The notes under the pieces are model-generated. The model ran no database searches. It was not told where the DNA came from and saw nothing but the letters and a program-made list of their open reading frames with translations. A DNA stretch of 22,581 nucleotides from a candidate division WOR-3 bacterium. Lineage in GTDB: Bacteria; Hydrothermota; Tepidihabitantia; SM23-42; CAYGYG01. The DNA lies in assembly GCA_965648915.1 (NCBI GenBank), contig CBFGIV010000038.1, forward strand, positions 1 through 22,581, given 5' to 3'. Position 1 is the first letter of the stretch. The number at the start of each line of letters is the position of its first letter. The position numbers and the translations under genes are program-made. Shown one piece after another: positions 7,137 to 16,766 of the stretch.

Positions 7137-8150
7137 ATGCTCAAGGAATTGACCGAAGCCTTTGGGGTTAGCGGTTGTGAAGAAGATGTCAGGATTTTAA
7201 TCAAGAAAAATGTCGAAAAATATGCCGACCGGCTATTTGAGGACGACTTTGGTAATCTATATGTGATTAAAGGCAAGAAGGGGAAGAAGATTATGCTGAT
7301 GGCTCATATGGATGAGGTTGGTTTTATGGTCTGTGGTATCGAACGGAACGGTCTTTTAAGATTTCGTATCGTCGGTGGGATTGACCCCCGAGTCCTGCCG
7401 GGAAAGAGGGTCCACCTGACAAAAAATAAGATCTCCGGAGTAATCGGAATAAAACCATCACATCTGGCAAAGGAAGAGGAGTTGAAGAAGGTAATAAGTG
7501 TTGAAAACCTTTTTATCGATATTGGCGTTGAATCGAAGGAAGGGGCAGAAAAAATCCTTCGGGTTGGTGAATACGGCGTCTTCAATACCCTGTTCAAAGA
7601 AAATGGCGATGTCATGATGGGCAAGGCATTTGATGACCGTCTGGGCTGTTATGTCCTGACCGAGATTATCAAAAGAGATTTTGACACCCAGATTATTGCG
7701 GTCTTTACAGTCCAGGAAGAGGTTGGCCTGCGCGGTGCCCGGATTGCCGGCTATCGTCTTAAGCCTGATTGTGCACTGGCAATAGAAGTAACAAGTGCCA
7801 ACGATCAACCATCGGATCGGGAAAAAAACCGGTCGCCCCTCCTGCGTCGTGGACCAGTCATAACGATTACTGACCAGTCGGTCTTCTGTGATCGGGACCT
7901 GACTGAAAAGATAATTGCGGTCGCCGAGGCTGAGAACATCCCTTACCAGTTGAAACCGCCAATGGTCGGCGGCACTGATGCCGGCAGTGTCCATCTCCAG
8001 CACACAGGAATCAAATCGGCCGTGATATCTCTGCCCGCCCGTTACATCCATTCCCCCTGTGCAATTGCCACCTACTCCGATCTCAGACTTATGAACCGAC
8101 TCTTACCTAAGGTTATTGATAAAATTATTAAGGAGGTTAAGTGCAATTAA
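7137..8150 (+). CDS. M42 family (TET-like) metalloaminopeptidase
   Basis: GVSGCE, AHMDEVG, KAFDDRLG, TVQEEVGLRGA, GGTDAG, RYIHSP. Confidence 0.93.
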   Translation: MLKELTEAFGVSGCEEDVRILIKKNVEKYADRLFEDDFGNLYVIKGKKGKKIMLMAHMDEVGFMVCGIERNGLLRFRIVGGIDPRVLPGKRVHLTKNKISGVIGIKPSHLAKEEELKKVISVENLFIDIGVESKEGAEKILRVGEYGVFNTLFKENGDVMMGKAFDDRLGCYVLTEIIKRDFDTQIIAVFTVQEEVGLRGARIAGYRLKPDCALAIEVTSANDQPSDREKNRSPLLRRGPVITITDQSVFCDRDLTEKIIAVAEAENIPYQLKPPMVGGTDAGSVHLQHTGIKSAVISLPARYIHSPCAIATYSDLRLMNRLLPKVIDKIIKEVKCN

Positions 8151-9139
8151 TGAAACTGCTCTGCGAATCTTATGGCCCAACCGGCCGTGAAGAAAAGATT
8201 CGGAAAATCATTCAGAAGGAGATTCGCAGTCTGGTTGAATCGGTTAAGATTGATACGATGGGGAATTTGATTGCCCGCTATCCTGGTAAAGGTAAGAAGG
8301 TTATGGTTTGTGCCCATATGGATGAGGTTGGTATTATTGTTTCCTATATCGACCGTAAGGGTTTTTTAAGATTTGCACCGGTTGGAGGGGTTTACCCCAA
8401 TCGTCTTGTTGCCCTGCGTGTCGTATTTGAAAATGGGGTGAACGGCGTTGTATATCAAGAAACAAAGGGAGTTGATGATAAACCGCTAAAATTTGACAAA
8501 CTCTTTATCGATATTGGAGCATCTGATCTGAAGTCGGCCGAAAAGTTGGTTAAGGTAGGTGATATTGCCGCTTTTCATCAAAATTTTCAGATTATGGGAA
8601 ATCGGATAGTCGCAAAGGCACTTGACGACCGGATCGGTTGTTATATATTGATTGAGGTCTTAAAAAATCTCAAAAGGATAAAACCCAAAAATAACCCAGA
8701 CATCTATTTTGTCTGGACGGTTCAGGAGGAGGTCGGCTTGCGGGGTGCAATTACTTCGAGTTACGGTATCACACCGGACTATGGTCTGGCTGTCGATGTC
8801 ACGGCGACCGGGGATACGCCGGAGACAGAAAAGATGGCAGTGGAACTGGGAATGGGTGTCGCAATCAAGATAAAGGATCGGATGATGATCAGCCATCCCC
8901 GGATCCGCGATTTATTGATTGAAATCGCCCGGCGCAATAAAATCCCTTATCAATATGAGATCCTTGAGTGGGGAACGACCGATTCGGCAGTATTACAGAT
9001 TTCTAAGACTGGCGTTCGTTCCGGTGCCATTTCTATCCCCTGTCGTTATATCCACACAACCTCGGAGATGGTTGATAAGAATGATGTTACCAATGCCATC
9101 AGCCTTTTGACTAAATTTTTGCTTCACCGATTAAGATGA
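8141..9139 (+). CDS. M42 family (TET-like) metalloaminopeptidase, second paralog
   Basis: GTG start after AGGAGG; AHMDEVG, KALDDRIG, TVQEEVGLRGA, AVDVT, GTTDS, RYIHT. Confidence 0.93.
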   Translation: MQLMKLLCESYGPTGREEKIRKIIQKEIRSLVESVKIDTMGNLIARYPGKGKKVMVCAHMDEVGIIVSYIDRKGFLRFAPVGGVYPNRLVALRVVFENGVNGVVYQETKGVDDKPLKFDKLFIDIGASDLKSAEKLVKVGDIAAFHQNFQIMGNRIVAKALDDRIGCYILIEVLKNLKRIKPKNNPDIYFVWTVQEEVGLRGAITSSYGITPDYGLAVDVTATGDTPETEKMAVELGMGVAIKIKDRMMISHPRIRDLLIEIARRNKIPYQYEILEWGTTDSAVLQISKTGVRSGAISIPCRYIHTTSEMVDKNDVTNAISLLTKFLLHRLR

Positions 9140-9885
9140 AGGACCGCGGTATCAGTCTCATCATCGTTTCCCATAATAATAAGTTTTTAATTCGGCGCTT
9201 CTTTTCCACGAGATTCATAAGATTGAGCATTGTTCTTGGTCTGGTGATTGCGGGCTGTCTGATCTTTCTGCTTGTATCTTATGGTCCGGTCTATTATCGA
9301 TCCTTACAGATCGAATATTATCGTCGGCGTAATCAAGAAATCGAAAATGAATTTAAGTTGCTTAATTCCTTAAAGAATGAGTTAGATATTATGCGCCAGG
9401 AGAATATGAAAATAAGAAAAATGTTAGGGATGGAACAGGTACCACCGCCGCTTGATATCAGTAAATTATCTATGAATATAAATTCAAATTTTCCTACGCT
9501 GATAAAACCAAACAATAATGCTGATGAACAGATCCCATCACTAACACCGGTGATTGGGGTCGTCTCTAAGGATTATGACCTGGATCATAAAGCAATTGAT
9601 ATTGCTGCACCGGCGGGCACGATGGTTTTTGCGCCAGCCAATGGAACGATCGAGAAGGTCGCATGGGACTCAATCTATGGCAACTCGATTTTAGTGCGGC
9701 ACAGTGAAATTTATAAGACATTTTTTGGACATCTCCAATCGATAGCTGTGACTGTAGGCCAGCTGGTAAAAAAAGGCGATGTAATTGGTTATGTCGGTTC
9801 ATCGGGTCGATCGAGTGCACCACATCTTCACTATGCTGTTTTTTTTAAGGGAGAACCTATCAACCCAAAACCGTATATGAACTAA
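9136..9885 (+). CDS. Membrane-anchored M23 family peptidoglycan endopeptidase
   Basis: N-terminal TM helix, coiled coil, intact zinc motifs HKAID (HxxxD) and PHLHY (HxH), GRSSAPH, PINP. Confidence 0.9.
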   Translation: MKDRGISLIIVSHNNKFLIRRFFSTRFIRLSIVLGLVIAGCLIFLLVSYGPVYYRSLQIEYYRRRNQEIENEFKLLNSLKNELDIMRQENMKIRKMLGMEQVPPPLDISKLSMNINSNFPTLIKPNNNADEQIPSLTPVIGVVSKDYDLDHKAIDIAAPAGTMVFAPANGTIEKVAWDSIYGNSILVRHSEIYKTFFGHLQSIAVTVGQLVKKGDVIGYVGSSGRSSAPHLHYAVFFKGEPINPKPYMN

Positions 9886-9893
9886 GGAGCATT

Positions 9894-10847
9894 ATGGCAA
9901 AGATATTAATATCAGGAATAACCGGATTTGTTGGCAGTCATTTAGCCGAATATTTAATCAATCAAGGTATGGAAGTTGCGGGATCGGTAAGATGGCGTTC
10001 GCGTCTCGAAAACATTGAGACAATTAGAGATAAGATTCAACTGATCGATTGTGATCTGAGAGATGCCTTTTCAGTCAAAAAAATGATCGAGTATTTTCGT
10101 CCGGATTATATCTTTCATCTCGGGGCACAGAGTTTTGTGCCTTTCTCCTGGCATGCACCACAGGAAACATTTATTACCAATGTTATCAGTGAGATTAATA
10201 TCTTCGAGGCGGTCCGGGAACTAAAGTTGTCACCGTTGATTCATATTGCGGGATCGAGCGAAGAGTATGGATTGGTTAAGCCCGATGAGGTACCGATCAC
10301 CGAGGAAAATCCTTTACGCCCTTTGAGTCCCTATGGAGTGAGTAAGGTCGCTCAGGATCTGTTAGGTTATCAATATTTCAAAAGTTACGGAATGAAGATC
10401 GTTCGCACCAGGGCATTTAACCACACCGGTCCAAGACGGGGAGAGGTCTTTGTCTCGTCAAATTTTGCTAAACAGATTGCGGAGATTGAAAAGGGTAAAC
10501 GCCCACCAATAATTTATGTGGGCAATCTTGAGGCGGTGCGTGATTTTATCGATGTGCGTGATGTGGTTGTTGCCTACTGGCTTTCACTGGTCAAAGGGGT
10601 GCCCGGTGAAGTCTACAATATTGCTACCGGTGTTGGTCGCAAGATTTCACAACTGCTCGACATCCTGCTTTCCTTCAGCCCGGTCAAGATCGAAATCCGT
10701 CAAGACCCGGGCAGGATCCGGCCCTCGGATGTTGAACTCTTGATCGGCGACTGCACGAAATTCAGGAAACAGACCGGCTGGATGCCCAAAATCCCTTTTG
10801 AGCAGACCCTCGAAGATTTACTGAAATACTGGCGGGATCGGGTATGA
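9894..10847 (+). CDS. GDP-mannose 4,6-dehydratase / GDP-4-keto-6-deoxymannose reductase (Gmd/Rmd-like extended SDR)
   Basis: GITGFVG, HLGAQSFV, GSSEEYG, SPYGVSK, FNHTGPRRGEVFV, GNLEAVRDF; SD AAGGAG at 9884-9889. Confidence 0.88.
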   Translation: MAKILISGITGFVGSHLAEYLINQGMEVAGSVRWRSRLENIETIRDKIQLIDCDLRDAFSVKKMIEYFRPDYIFHLGAQSFVPFSWHAPQETFITNVISEINIFEAVRELKLSPLIHIAGSSEEYGLVKPDEVPITEENPLRPLSPYGVSKVAQDLLGYQYFKSYGMKIVRTRAFNHTGPRRGEVFVSSNFAKQIAEIEKGKRPPIIYVGNLEAVRDFIDVRDVVVAYWLSLVKGVPGEVYNIATGVGRKISQLLDILLSFSPVKIEIRQDPGRIRPSDVELLIGDCTKFRKQTGWMPKIPFEQTLEDLLKYWRDRV

Positions 10848-11767
10848 AGACAATTTTGATCACCGGGGCTGAAGGCTTTGTAGGGACTATCTTTTATTCT
10901 TTGCTGGCAGAAGAAGGTTTTAGGGTCTATGGCACTTATCTGCCATCACTTAAGATTAAACGAAAAAATTATTATCCCTGCGATATTCTGTCTTTTGACA
11001 GCGTGCTGACCCTGGTCAAACAGTTAAAACCCGATTGCATCTTTCACCTTGCAGCGATTAGTTCGGTTGGCCAATCTTTTCGAGAACCACTATTAACTTT
11101 CAATACCAATATTCAGGGGACGATTAATTTCCTCGAAAGTTTAAGGCTGTGTTGCCCGGAGAGCCAATTTTTTTATGTCTCATCCTGTGAAGTCTACGGT
11201 CAGGGAGGATCAGCAATTAGTGAAGATGCACCTATCGTCTTGCTCAGCCCCTATGCAGTAAGTAAGTACTGCACCGAATTGATTGTGAGGCATTACTATG
11301 ATGATTACGGTATTAAGACCATTATATTACGACCATTCAACCACACCGGCCCTGGTCAGCGTGACGATTTTATTCTTTCTAATGTTGCCCATCAGATTGC
11401 GGAAATTGAAATGGGGAAGAAACCGCCGGTAATCTCGGTGGGCAATATCAAAGTGGTTCGAGAATTTATGGATGTGCGGGATGTTATTCGGGCCTATCGC
11501 CTGGCGATTGAATATGCTAAACCTGGTGATCTATATAATATCGCATCCGGGGTGGGGCATTCGATAAAGGATGCCCTTGATATTTATATGGCTAAGGCTA
11601 AGAAAAAATTGAAAATTAATATTGATGAGACGCGCTTGCGCACACGCGACATCTTGACCCTGGTCGGTGATGGTGGTCGTTTCCAAAAACTAACTGGCTT
11701 TAATATTCAGATACCTTTTGAAAAGACAATCGAGGATATACTCAATTATTGGCGGGCTAAGATTTGA
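10844..11767 (+). CDS. GDP-4-keto-6-deoxy-D-mannose reductase (Rmd)-like extended SDR
   Basis: GAEGFVG, HLAAISSV, SSCEVYG, SPYAVSK, RPFNHTGPGQ, REFMDVRD; 4-bp overlap with the upstream paralog. Confidence 0.85.
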   Translation: MKTILITGAEGFVGTIFYSLLAEEGFRVYGTYLPSLKIKRKNYYPCDILSFDSVLTLVKQLKPDCIFHLAAISSVGQSFREPLLTFNTNIQGTINFLESLRLCCPESQFFYVSSCEVYGQGGSAISEDAPIVLLSPYAVSKYCTELIVRHYYDDYGIKTIILRPFNHTGPGQRDDFILSNVAHQIAEIEMGKKPPVISVGNIKVVREFMDVRDVIRAYRLAIEYAKPGDLYNIASGVGHSIKDALDIYMAKAKKKLKINIDETRLRTRDILTLVGDGGRFQKLTGFNIQIPFEKTIEDILNYWRAKI

Positions 11768-11798
11768 CTCCCTTAAGGCTTGAGCAGTCTTAACACCT

Positions 11799-13337
11799 AT
11801 GTCGGCGCGCAACTTTGCTCTATTGATTTTTTTGATATCTTTTACTATAACCAATCTGGTCTCCTATTTCGTCTTTGACCATATCCCTCATGTCCAGGAT
11901 AGTATTGCCCAGGTTTTTCAGGCAAAGATTTTTGCCTCCGGGCGACTGTATGCACGATCTCACCCCCTGAAAGAGTTTTTTGATTACACCCATATAATCA
12001 ATAACGGCCGGTGGTATTCTCAATACCCACCAGGCCACCCTCTCTTTCTCTTGATCGGGGTATTGCTCGGCATCCCCTGGATCGTTAATCCTTTATTGGG
12101 CAGTTTAGCGATCGTGGTCACATATCTTCTTGGCCGCAGGGTCTATGACGAAATAACCGGACGCTGGTCGGCAATTTTGATTCTAACCTCGCCTTTTTTT
12201 ATCTTTATGTCATCAGAATTTATGTCCCATGCCAGTTCCATGTTTACTTTTCTGCTATTTTCATTCTTATTCTACAAAATGGTTCACGATAAACGCTGGA
12301 ATTATGCTTTTGGTGCCGGGATTGCCCTTGGTCTGTGTGCTATCATTCGCCCTTATACCGCTCTGGGACTTTTTTTCCCTTTCTTTGTTTACATGATTAT
12401 TTTAATAATAAAGAACTTTGATGAGTTTCTTATTAATTTTTTACTGCTCAATGCTGGCTTTCTTCCTTTTATCATTATCTTACTTCTGTATAACTACTTC
12501 ACAAACGGTCACCCTCTGCTTTTCGGTTACACCGTCCTCTACGGACCAAATCACGGACTCGGTCTGGGGAAAGGAATCTGGGGAGAGCCTCATACACTGA
12601 CCCGGGGATTGATCGATTTTTTGATCTCCCTTAAAGCGCTTAATCTCCATCTCCTTGGCTGGCCCTTGACATCGTTTATCCCGATTCTCTTTTTCTTCAT
12701 CGGTGCAAAGATTACACGCTGGGATTTGATTTTCTTTTCTTCTTTTATTACACTCTGCATTGTCTATATTTTTTATTGGTATCACGACCTCTGCTTTGGT
12801 CCGAGATTTCTTTATGAAGCGCTGCCTTTCTTAATTATTATTTCGGCCCGGGGTATCTCATCAGTGCCGGAGATGGTTAAAAAGATGATCAGATCGGAAA
12901 GGGTCTTAACGAACAGGATTAGGAATGCTGTATATGCAATTGTTATTCCTTTCATTGCTTACAACATATTTATAACCATCCCGGGACTGATCCATGGCCA
13001 GACTGAATATTTCTGGGAAGATAGAAGATACGCCAACTCTTACTGGGGAGTGGATGTCTATCTTAAACAGTTAGTCAAAATGAAAAAAATCCGTAACGCA
13101 ATTGTCTTTGTTAACTTCGATTATCCTCAGATACCATTCGATACCCTGCTCTGGTTCGGTTCGGGATTTTTAAACAATTCCCCAGATCTTAAAGATCAGA
13201 TTATATTTGCGAGACATCTCGGTGCTAAGGACACAATGCTGATGAATTATTATCCCGAGCGCCTGTTCTATCTCTACCGGGGAAAGCTGAAATCGGGCAG
13301 GTTGATACCGATCAGTAAGGATTCTTTTAAGTCTTGA
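11799..13337 (+). CDS. GT-C membrane glycosyltransferase (GT39/PMT or ArnT-like)
   Basis: PHVQD..Q.FQAKIFASG, WYSQYPPGHP, FMSH, IRPY, GPRFLYE; roughly 11-13 hydrophobic segments; soluble C-terminal domain. Confidence 0.82.
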   Translation: MSARNFALLIFLISFTITNLVSYFVFDHIPHVQDSIAQVFQAKIFASGRLYARSHPLKEFFDYTHIINNGRWYSQYPPGHPLFLLIGVLLGIPWIVNPLLGSLAIVVTYLLGRRVYDEITGRWSAILILTSPFFIFMSSEFMSHASSMFTFLLFSFLFYKMVHDKRWNYAFGAGIALGLCAIIRPYTALGLFFPFFVYMIILIIKNFDEFLINFLLLNAGFLPFIIILLLYNYFTNGHPLLFGYTVLYGPNHGLGLGKGIWGEPHTLTRGLIDFLISLKALNLHLLGWPLTSFIPILFFFIGAKITRWDLIFFSSFITLCIVYIFYWYHDLCFGPRFLYEALPFLIIISARGISSVPEMVKKMIRSERVLTNRIRNAVYAIVIPFIAYNIFITIPGLIHGQTEYFWEDRRYANSYWGVDVYLKQLVKMKKIRNAIVFVNFDYPQIPFDTLLWFGSGFLNNSPDLKDQIIFARHLGAKDTMLMNYYPERLFYLYRGKLKSGRLIPISKDSFKS

Positions 13338-13359
13338 TTCAAATAGATAAGCAACTCAA

Positions 13360-15249
13360 TCAGTGAGTCTGTAACCAGGTTTTGATTTCCGGGGCCTGAG
13401 GGTCATCGGGAGCCAGTTTCAAAAACTCTCCCCATACTTTTCGGGCCATCAAGGTATCCCCTTGGTTTAAATATGCCACACCTAAATTTTTATAGACTTG
13501 GTTATAACCCTTGTAATATTGCAGGGCGAGATAGAAATTTTCTATTGCTTCTGGATAATTATGCTGGTAGACATTTATGATTCCCAGCCGATTTAATGCT
13601 GCGGCAAAACGAAGGGTTACATAGCGTTCATTTTTATCAGATGATTTCTCATAACTATATCTCCGGGGTGGAGGAAAGGGAGTGGGGAAGACATCCAGAG
13701 AAGGAGGTTCTCTCATTACCTGATAGACCAGACCGTTGGGTTTGAGATAATAACCTTCCCAACTCCTAGCCCATTCACTATCATCATAAAAGAAAAAACA
13801 GATATAATAAAGACCAATATTATCATCGACCAATTTTTTCTTAACAATTTTTACCAGCTGTTTGCTCTGTTCGCCATAGTTAACCGGATCAAGGTGACTG
13901 ATTTTTCCTTCCGTCTCACTGATCAGTTTATCGAGCCGGGAATCAATTTTTAAGGGGGTCTGGAAATCTCTTAGATGTTTAATATACCAGGGGAGCTTTA
14001 ACCAGTAATCGGAGATCAGTGTTACCTCTTTACCTTCGTTCTTTTCCATCTGGCGGTAGACTAAGCCAAAGTAAACTTCAAGATCATCGACAAAGAGAAT
14101 TGAGTTGCGTGGAACGGTTTTAAGTATGACTGAGGTAAGATCCTCCAGCGATTGATTGTGTCGTTTATTTACCTTTGGGAAATTCAGGCTGACCATTACG
14201 ATAAGCGTGGGCACTATCAGATAGGTGAGAAATCGATACTTGTTAATGATATAATATATGCCCATACCGATGTAGATGCCGATTGTGAAATAAGTGGGTA
14301 GATAGTAACCCTCTTTGTCTGGGATATTATACAGAATAGTATAACCGACATTGAAGAAGATGATGAGGAGGGTAAAAAAGAAAAGCCTTTTGTTTTTTTT
14401 ATATATCGCCGCCAGTCCGACAAATCCAGGAATTAGAAAGTGGTAATACTGTTTCATCAGGAGAAGGATAAAGGTTTTTATCTGAAAGATCAGCCATCTC
14501 ATATTCGGGATATAAAATCGATAACGGAATTCCTGCCCGCTGACTAATTTTATGATATTGTGGAGATTCTCCGGGTTGTCGTAATCAAGAGGTGGATTCT
14601 TTAATGAACGGAAGGGCAGATAGAAGTAAACGGTGAGGGGAATTAAAAGAAAGAGAAATAGCCACAAGTAGAGTTTGAAATCCTTATTCCAGACCCGGTC
14701 AATAATTGTGATGTATAAGAGAGGAGGAATAATTAGCAGAGCGGTGAGATGGTTGCTTAGGGCTAAACCGAATAAATAAAATATTAGAATAAAAACCGAC
14801 GGTCGTTCCTTCAATCGGAATTTAAGGAGAAAATAGATAATAATTGCTATAAAAAGAGTATGTGGTGCATATACCTCTGCCTTTGTTGCCTGATCCCAGA
14901 GTTCATAAGAGAACGCAAAGGTCAGTCCGGCGATAAACGATGCAGCATGATTGCCGGTCAAAAGTTGACAAATTTGATAAAGAATAAATACAGCACCAAG
15001 GGCGCTAATGGTTGAAATGACGTTAATCCGGAAGGGCAGAGTTGATAAGGGTAAGATACTGAAGATTCTACCCAATAGACAAAAGAGGGGATAACCGGTC
15101 GGGTGAGATATGCCGAGATACTTACTCACCAGAACAAATTCAGCCGAATCTCCCCAGTAGAGATGGTGACTTACCGTTAACAGATAAAAGAGCCCAACAA
15201 TCAATAGTAAAATGTAAGCAGAAAGATTCTGTCTCAAAACAGATCTCAA
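13360..15249 (-). CDS. DUF2723 / TMEM260-like membrane glycosyltransferase with C-terminal TPR
   Basis: WGDSAEF..LGISHPTGYPLF, WDQATKAEVY, LALSNH, YLPFRS..P.LDYDNP, YYLP; C-terminal TPR (ALNRLG..EAIENFYLALQ..YKNLGVAY..P.DPQA); TTG start uncertain. Confidence 0.85.
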   Translation of the reverse strand: MRSVLRQNLSAYILLLIVGLFYLLTVSHHLYWGDSAEFVLVSKYLGISHPTGYPLFCLLGRIFSILPLSTLPFRINVISTISALGAVFILYQICQLLTGNHAASFIAGLTFAFSYELWDQATKAEVYAPHTLFIAIIIYFLLKFRLKERPSVFILIFYLFGLALSNHLTALLIIPPLLYITIIDRVWNKDFKLYLWLFLFLLIPLTVYFYLPFRSLKNPPLDYDNPENLHNIIKLVSGQEFRYRFYIPNMRWLIFQIKTFILLLMKQYYHFLIPGFVGLAAIYKKNKRLFFFTLLIIFFNVGYTILYNIPDKEGYYLPTYFTIGIYIGMGIYYIINKYRFLTYLIVPTLIVMVSLNFPKVNKRHNQSLEDLTSVILKTVPRNSILFVDDLEVYFGLVYRQMEKNEGKEVTLISDYWLKLPWYIKHLRDFQTPLKIDSRLDKLISETEGKISHLDPVNYGEQSKQLVKIVKKKLVDDNIGLYYICFFFYDDSEWARSWEGYYLKPNGLVYQVMREPPSLDVFPTPFPPPRRYSYEKSSDKNERYVTLRFAAALNRLGIINVYQHNYPEAIENFYLALQYYKGYNQVYKNLGVAYLNQGDTLMARKVWGEFLKLAPDDPQAPEIKTWLQTH

Positions 15250-15300
15250 GAGGTTCTCCAGAATCGGGTCAATTTGTATTTATGGTTGTATCTCAAGAAT

Positions 15301-16173
15301 TTAATCTTTTCCCTGACTGCTTAAATCACCCAGTGATTTCAACTTCATATTAAAATTTAACGATCGTGCCGAGTGGGTTAACTCGCCTACCGAGATGTAA
15401 TCAACCCCGGTCATAGCAATCTCATTGATATTCTCGAGGGTTATACCACCTGATGCCTCAAGTTCAACTTTGCCCCGGGCGAGTCTGACGGCTTCGGCTA
15501 TCTGCTGGACATTCATATTGTCGAGCATTATTCGGTCAACATTAAAGGCAAGTGCTTCCTTGAATTCGCTGATATTCTTAACTTCGACTTCAATCAAGCA
15601 TTTTTTCCGTTTGGTCGAACTCATCGCCAGTTTAATCGCCTGGGTAACCGAACCAGCCATCTGGATGTGATTGTCTTTGATCAGGATCATATCATAGAGT
15701 CCGAACCGGTGATTGATACCGCCACCGACTCTTACTGCATACTTCTCAAGATATCTCAGCCCGGGTGTGGTCTTCCGGGTATCGAGTATTTTTGCTTTGG
15801 TCCCGCTAACCGCATCAACAAATTTGCGGGTCAATGTTGCAATCCCAGAAAGGCGCTGAAGGAAATTCAAGCACAGCCTTTCGCCCAGTAAACAGGAACG
15901 GGCCGATCCGGTCACCGTGGCAATTACAACACCATCTTCAACCCGATCACCGTCCTGCAACCGTGCATCGAACTTAATATTTTCATCGATTTTTTCAAAG
16001 ACAGTACGTGCCACTTCAATCCCGGCAAGGATTCCATCCTCCCGACTGAAGATCAACCCCAGTGCCTTGTGCCCTTCCGGGACGATAACATTAGATGTGA
16101 TGTCACCCCGGCCAACATCCTCTTTAAGGGCAATTTCAACTATTTTCTTGATCGTTGCTCTATTCAATTCCAT
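15301..16173 (-). CDS. nadC: Nicotinate-nucleotide diphosphorylase (quinolinate phosphoribosyltransferase)
   Basis: EDVGRGDITS, LNFLQRLSGIAT, LDTRKTTPG, HRFGLYD..LIKDNH, IMLDN, EASGGI, ISVGELTHS. Confidence 0.97.
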   Translation of the reverse strand: MELNRATIKKIVEIALKEDVGRGDITSNVIVPEGHKALGLIFSREDGILAGIEVARTVFEKIDENIKFDARLQDGDRVEDGVVIATVTGSARSCLLGERLCLNFLQRLSGIATLTRKFVDAVSGTKAKILDTRKTTPGLRYLEKYAVRVGGGINHRFGLYDMILIKDNHIQMAGSVTQAIKLAMSSTKRKKCLIEVEVKNISEFKEALAFNVDRIMLDNMNVQQIAEAVRLARGKVELEASGGITLENINEIAMTGVDYISVGELTHSARSLNFNMKLKSLGDLSSQGKD

Positions 16174-16766
16174 ATTCTACGCCTTTTATATCTCTCAAAT
16201 TTAATAATTGACATAAAGAGATCAACCGCTTCATTGATATTATCGTTAAAAATTATATAATTATATTTTTTTCTTTCTTTAAGTTCACGCCGGGCGACAT
16301 TCAGCCTTTGCTGAATTGTAAGTGGTGAATCGGCACCCCGTTTTCTTAACCGGTTTGAAAGTTCTTCGATTGAAGGGGGTGCAACAAAAATGAAAACACC
16401 ATTGGAAAATCTTTTGCGTAAGGTTCGTGCACCCTGAACATCGATATCTAACATCACATCAAAACCGCGGCGTAAATTAGAGAAGATGAACTCTTTCGGT
16501 GTCCCGTAGAGGTTTTGATGGACCCGGGCATATTCGAGAAATTTACCCTTCTTGATCCAATTTTCAAATTGCTTGCGACTGATAAAGATGTAATCGTGCC
16601 GGTTACGTTCTCCTTTTCTTGGCGGCCGGGTTGTCGCCGAAACGGAATATTTTATTTTACGATCTTTTTTTAGGATCTGACGGCAGATAGTTGTTTTACC
16701 GACACCCGAAGGGCCGGAAACAACAATAACCATACCCCTCTTCTTATTGCGGTCTTTACTCAACAT
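16164..16766 (-). CDS. gmk: Guanylate kinase
   Basis: P-loop GPSGVGKT, SVSATTRPPRKGE, FLEYA.VH.NLYGT, LDIDVQGA. Confidence 0.97.
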   Translation of the reverse strand: MLSKDRNKKRGMVIVVSGPSGVGKTTICRQILKKDRKIKYSVSATTRPPRKGERNRHDYIFISRKQFENWIKKGKFLEYARVHQNLYGTPKEFIFSNLRRGFDVMLDIDVQGARTLRKRFSNGVFIFVAPPSIEELSNRLRKRGADSPLTIQQRLNVARRELKERKKYNYIIFNDNINEAVDLFMSIIKFERYKRRRIWN

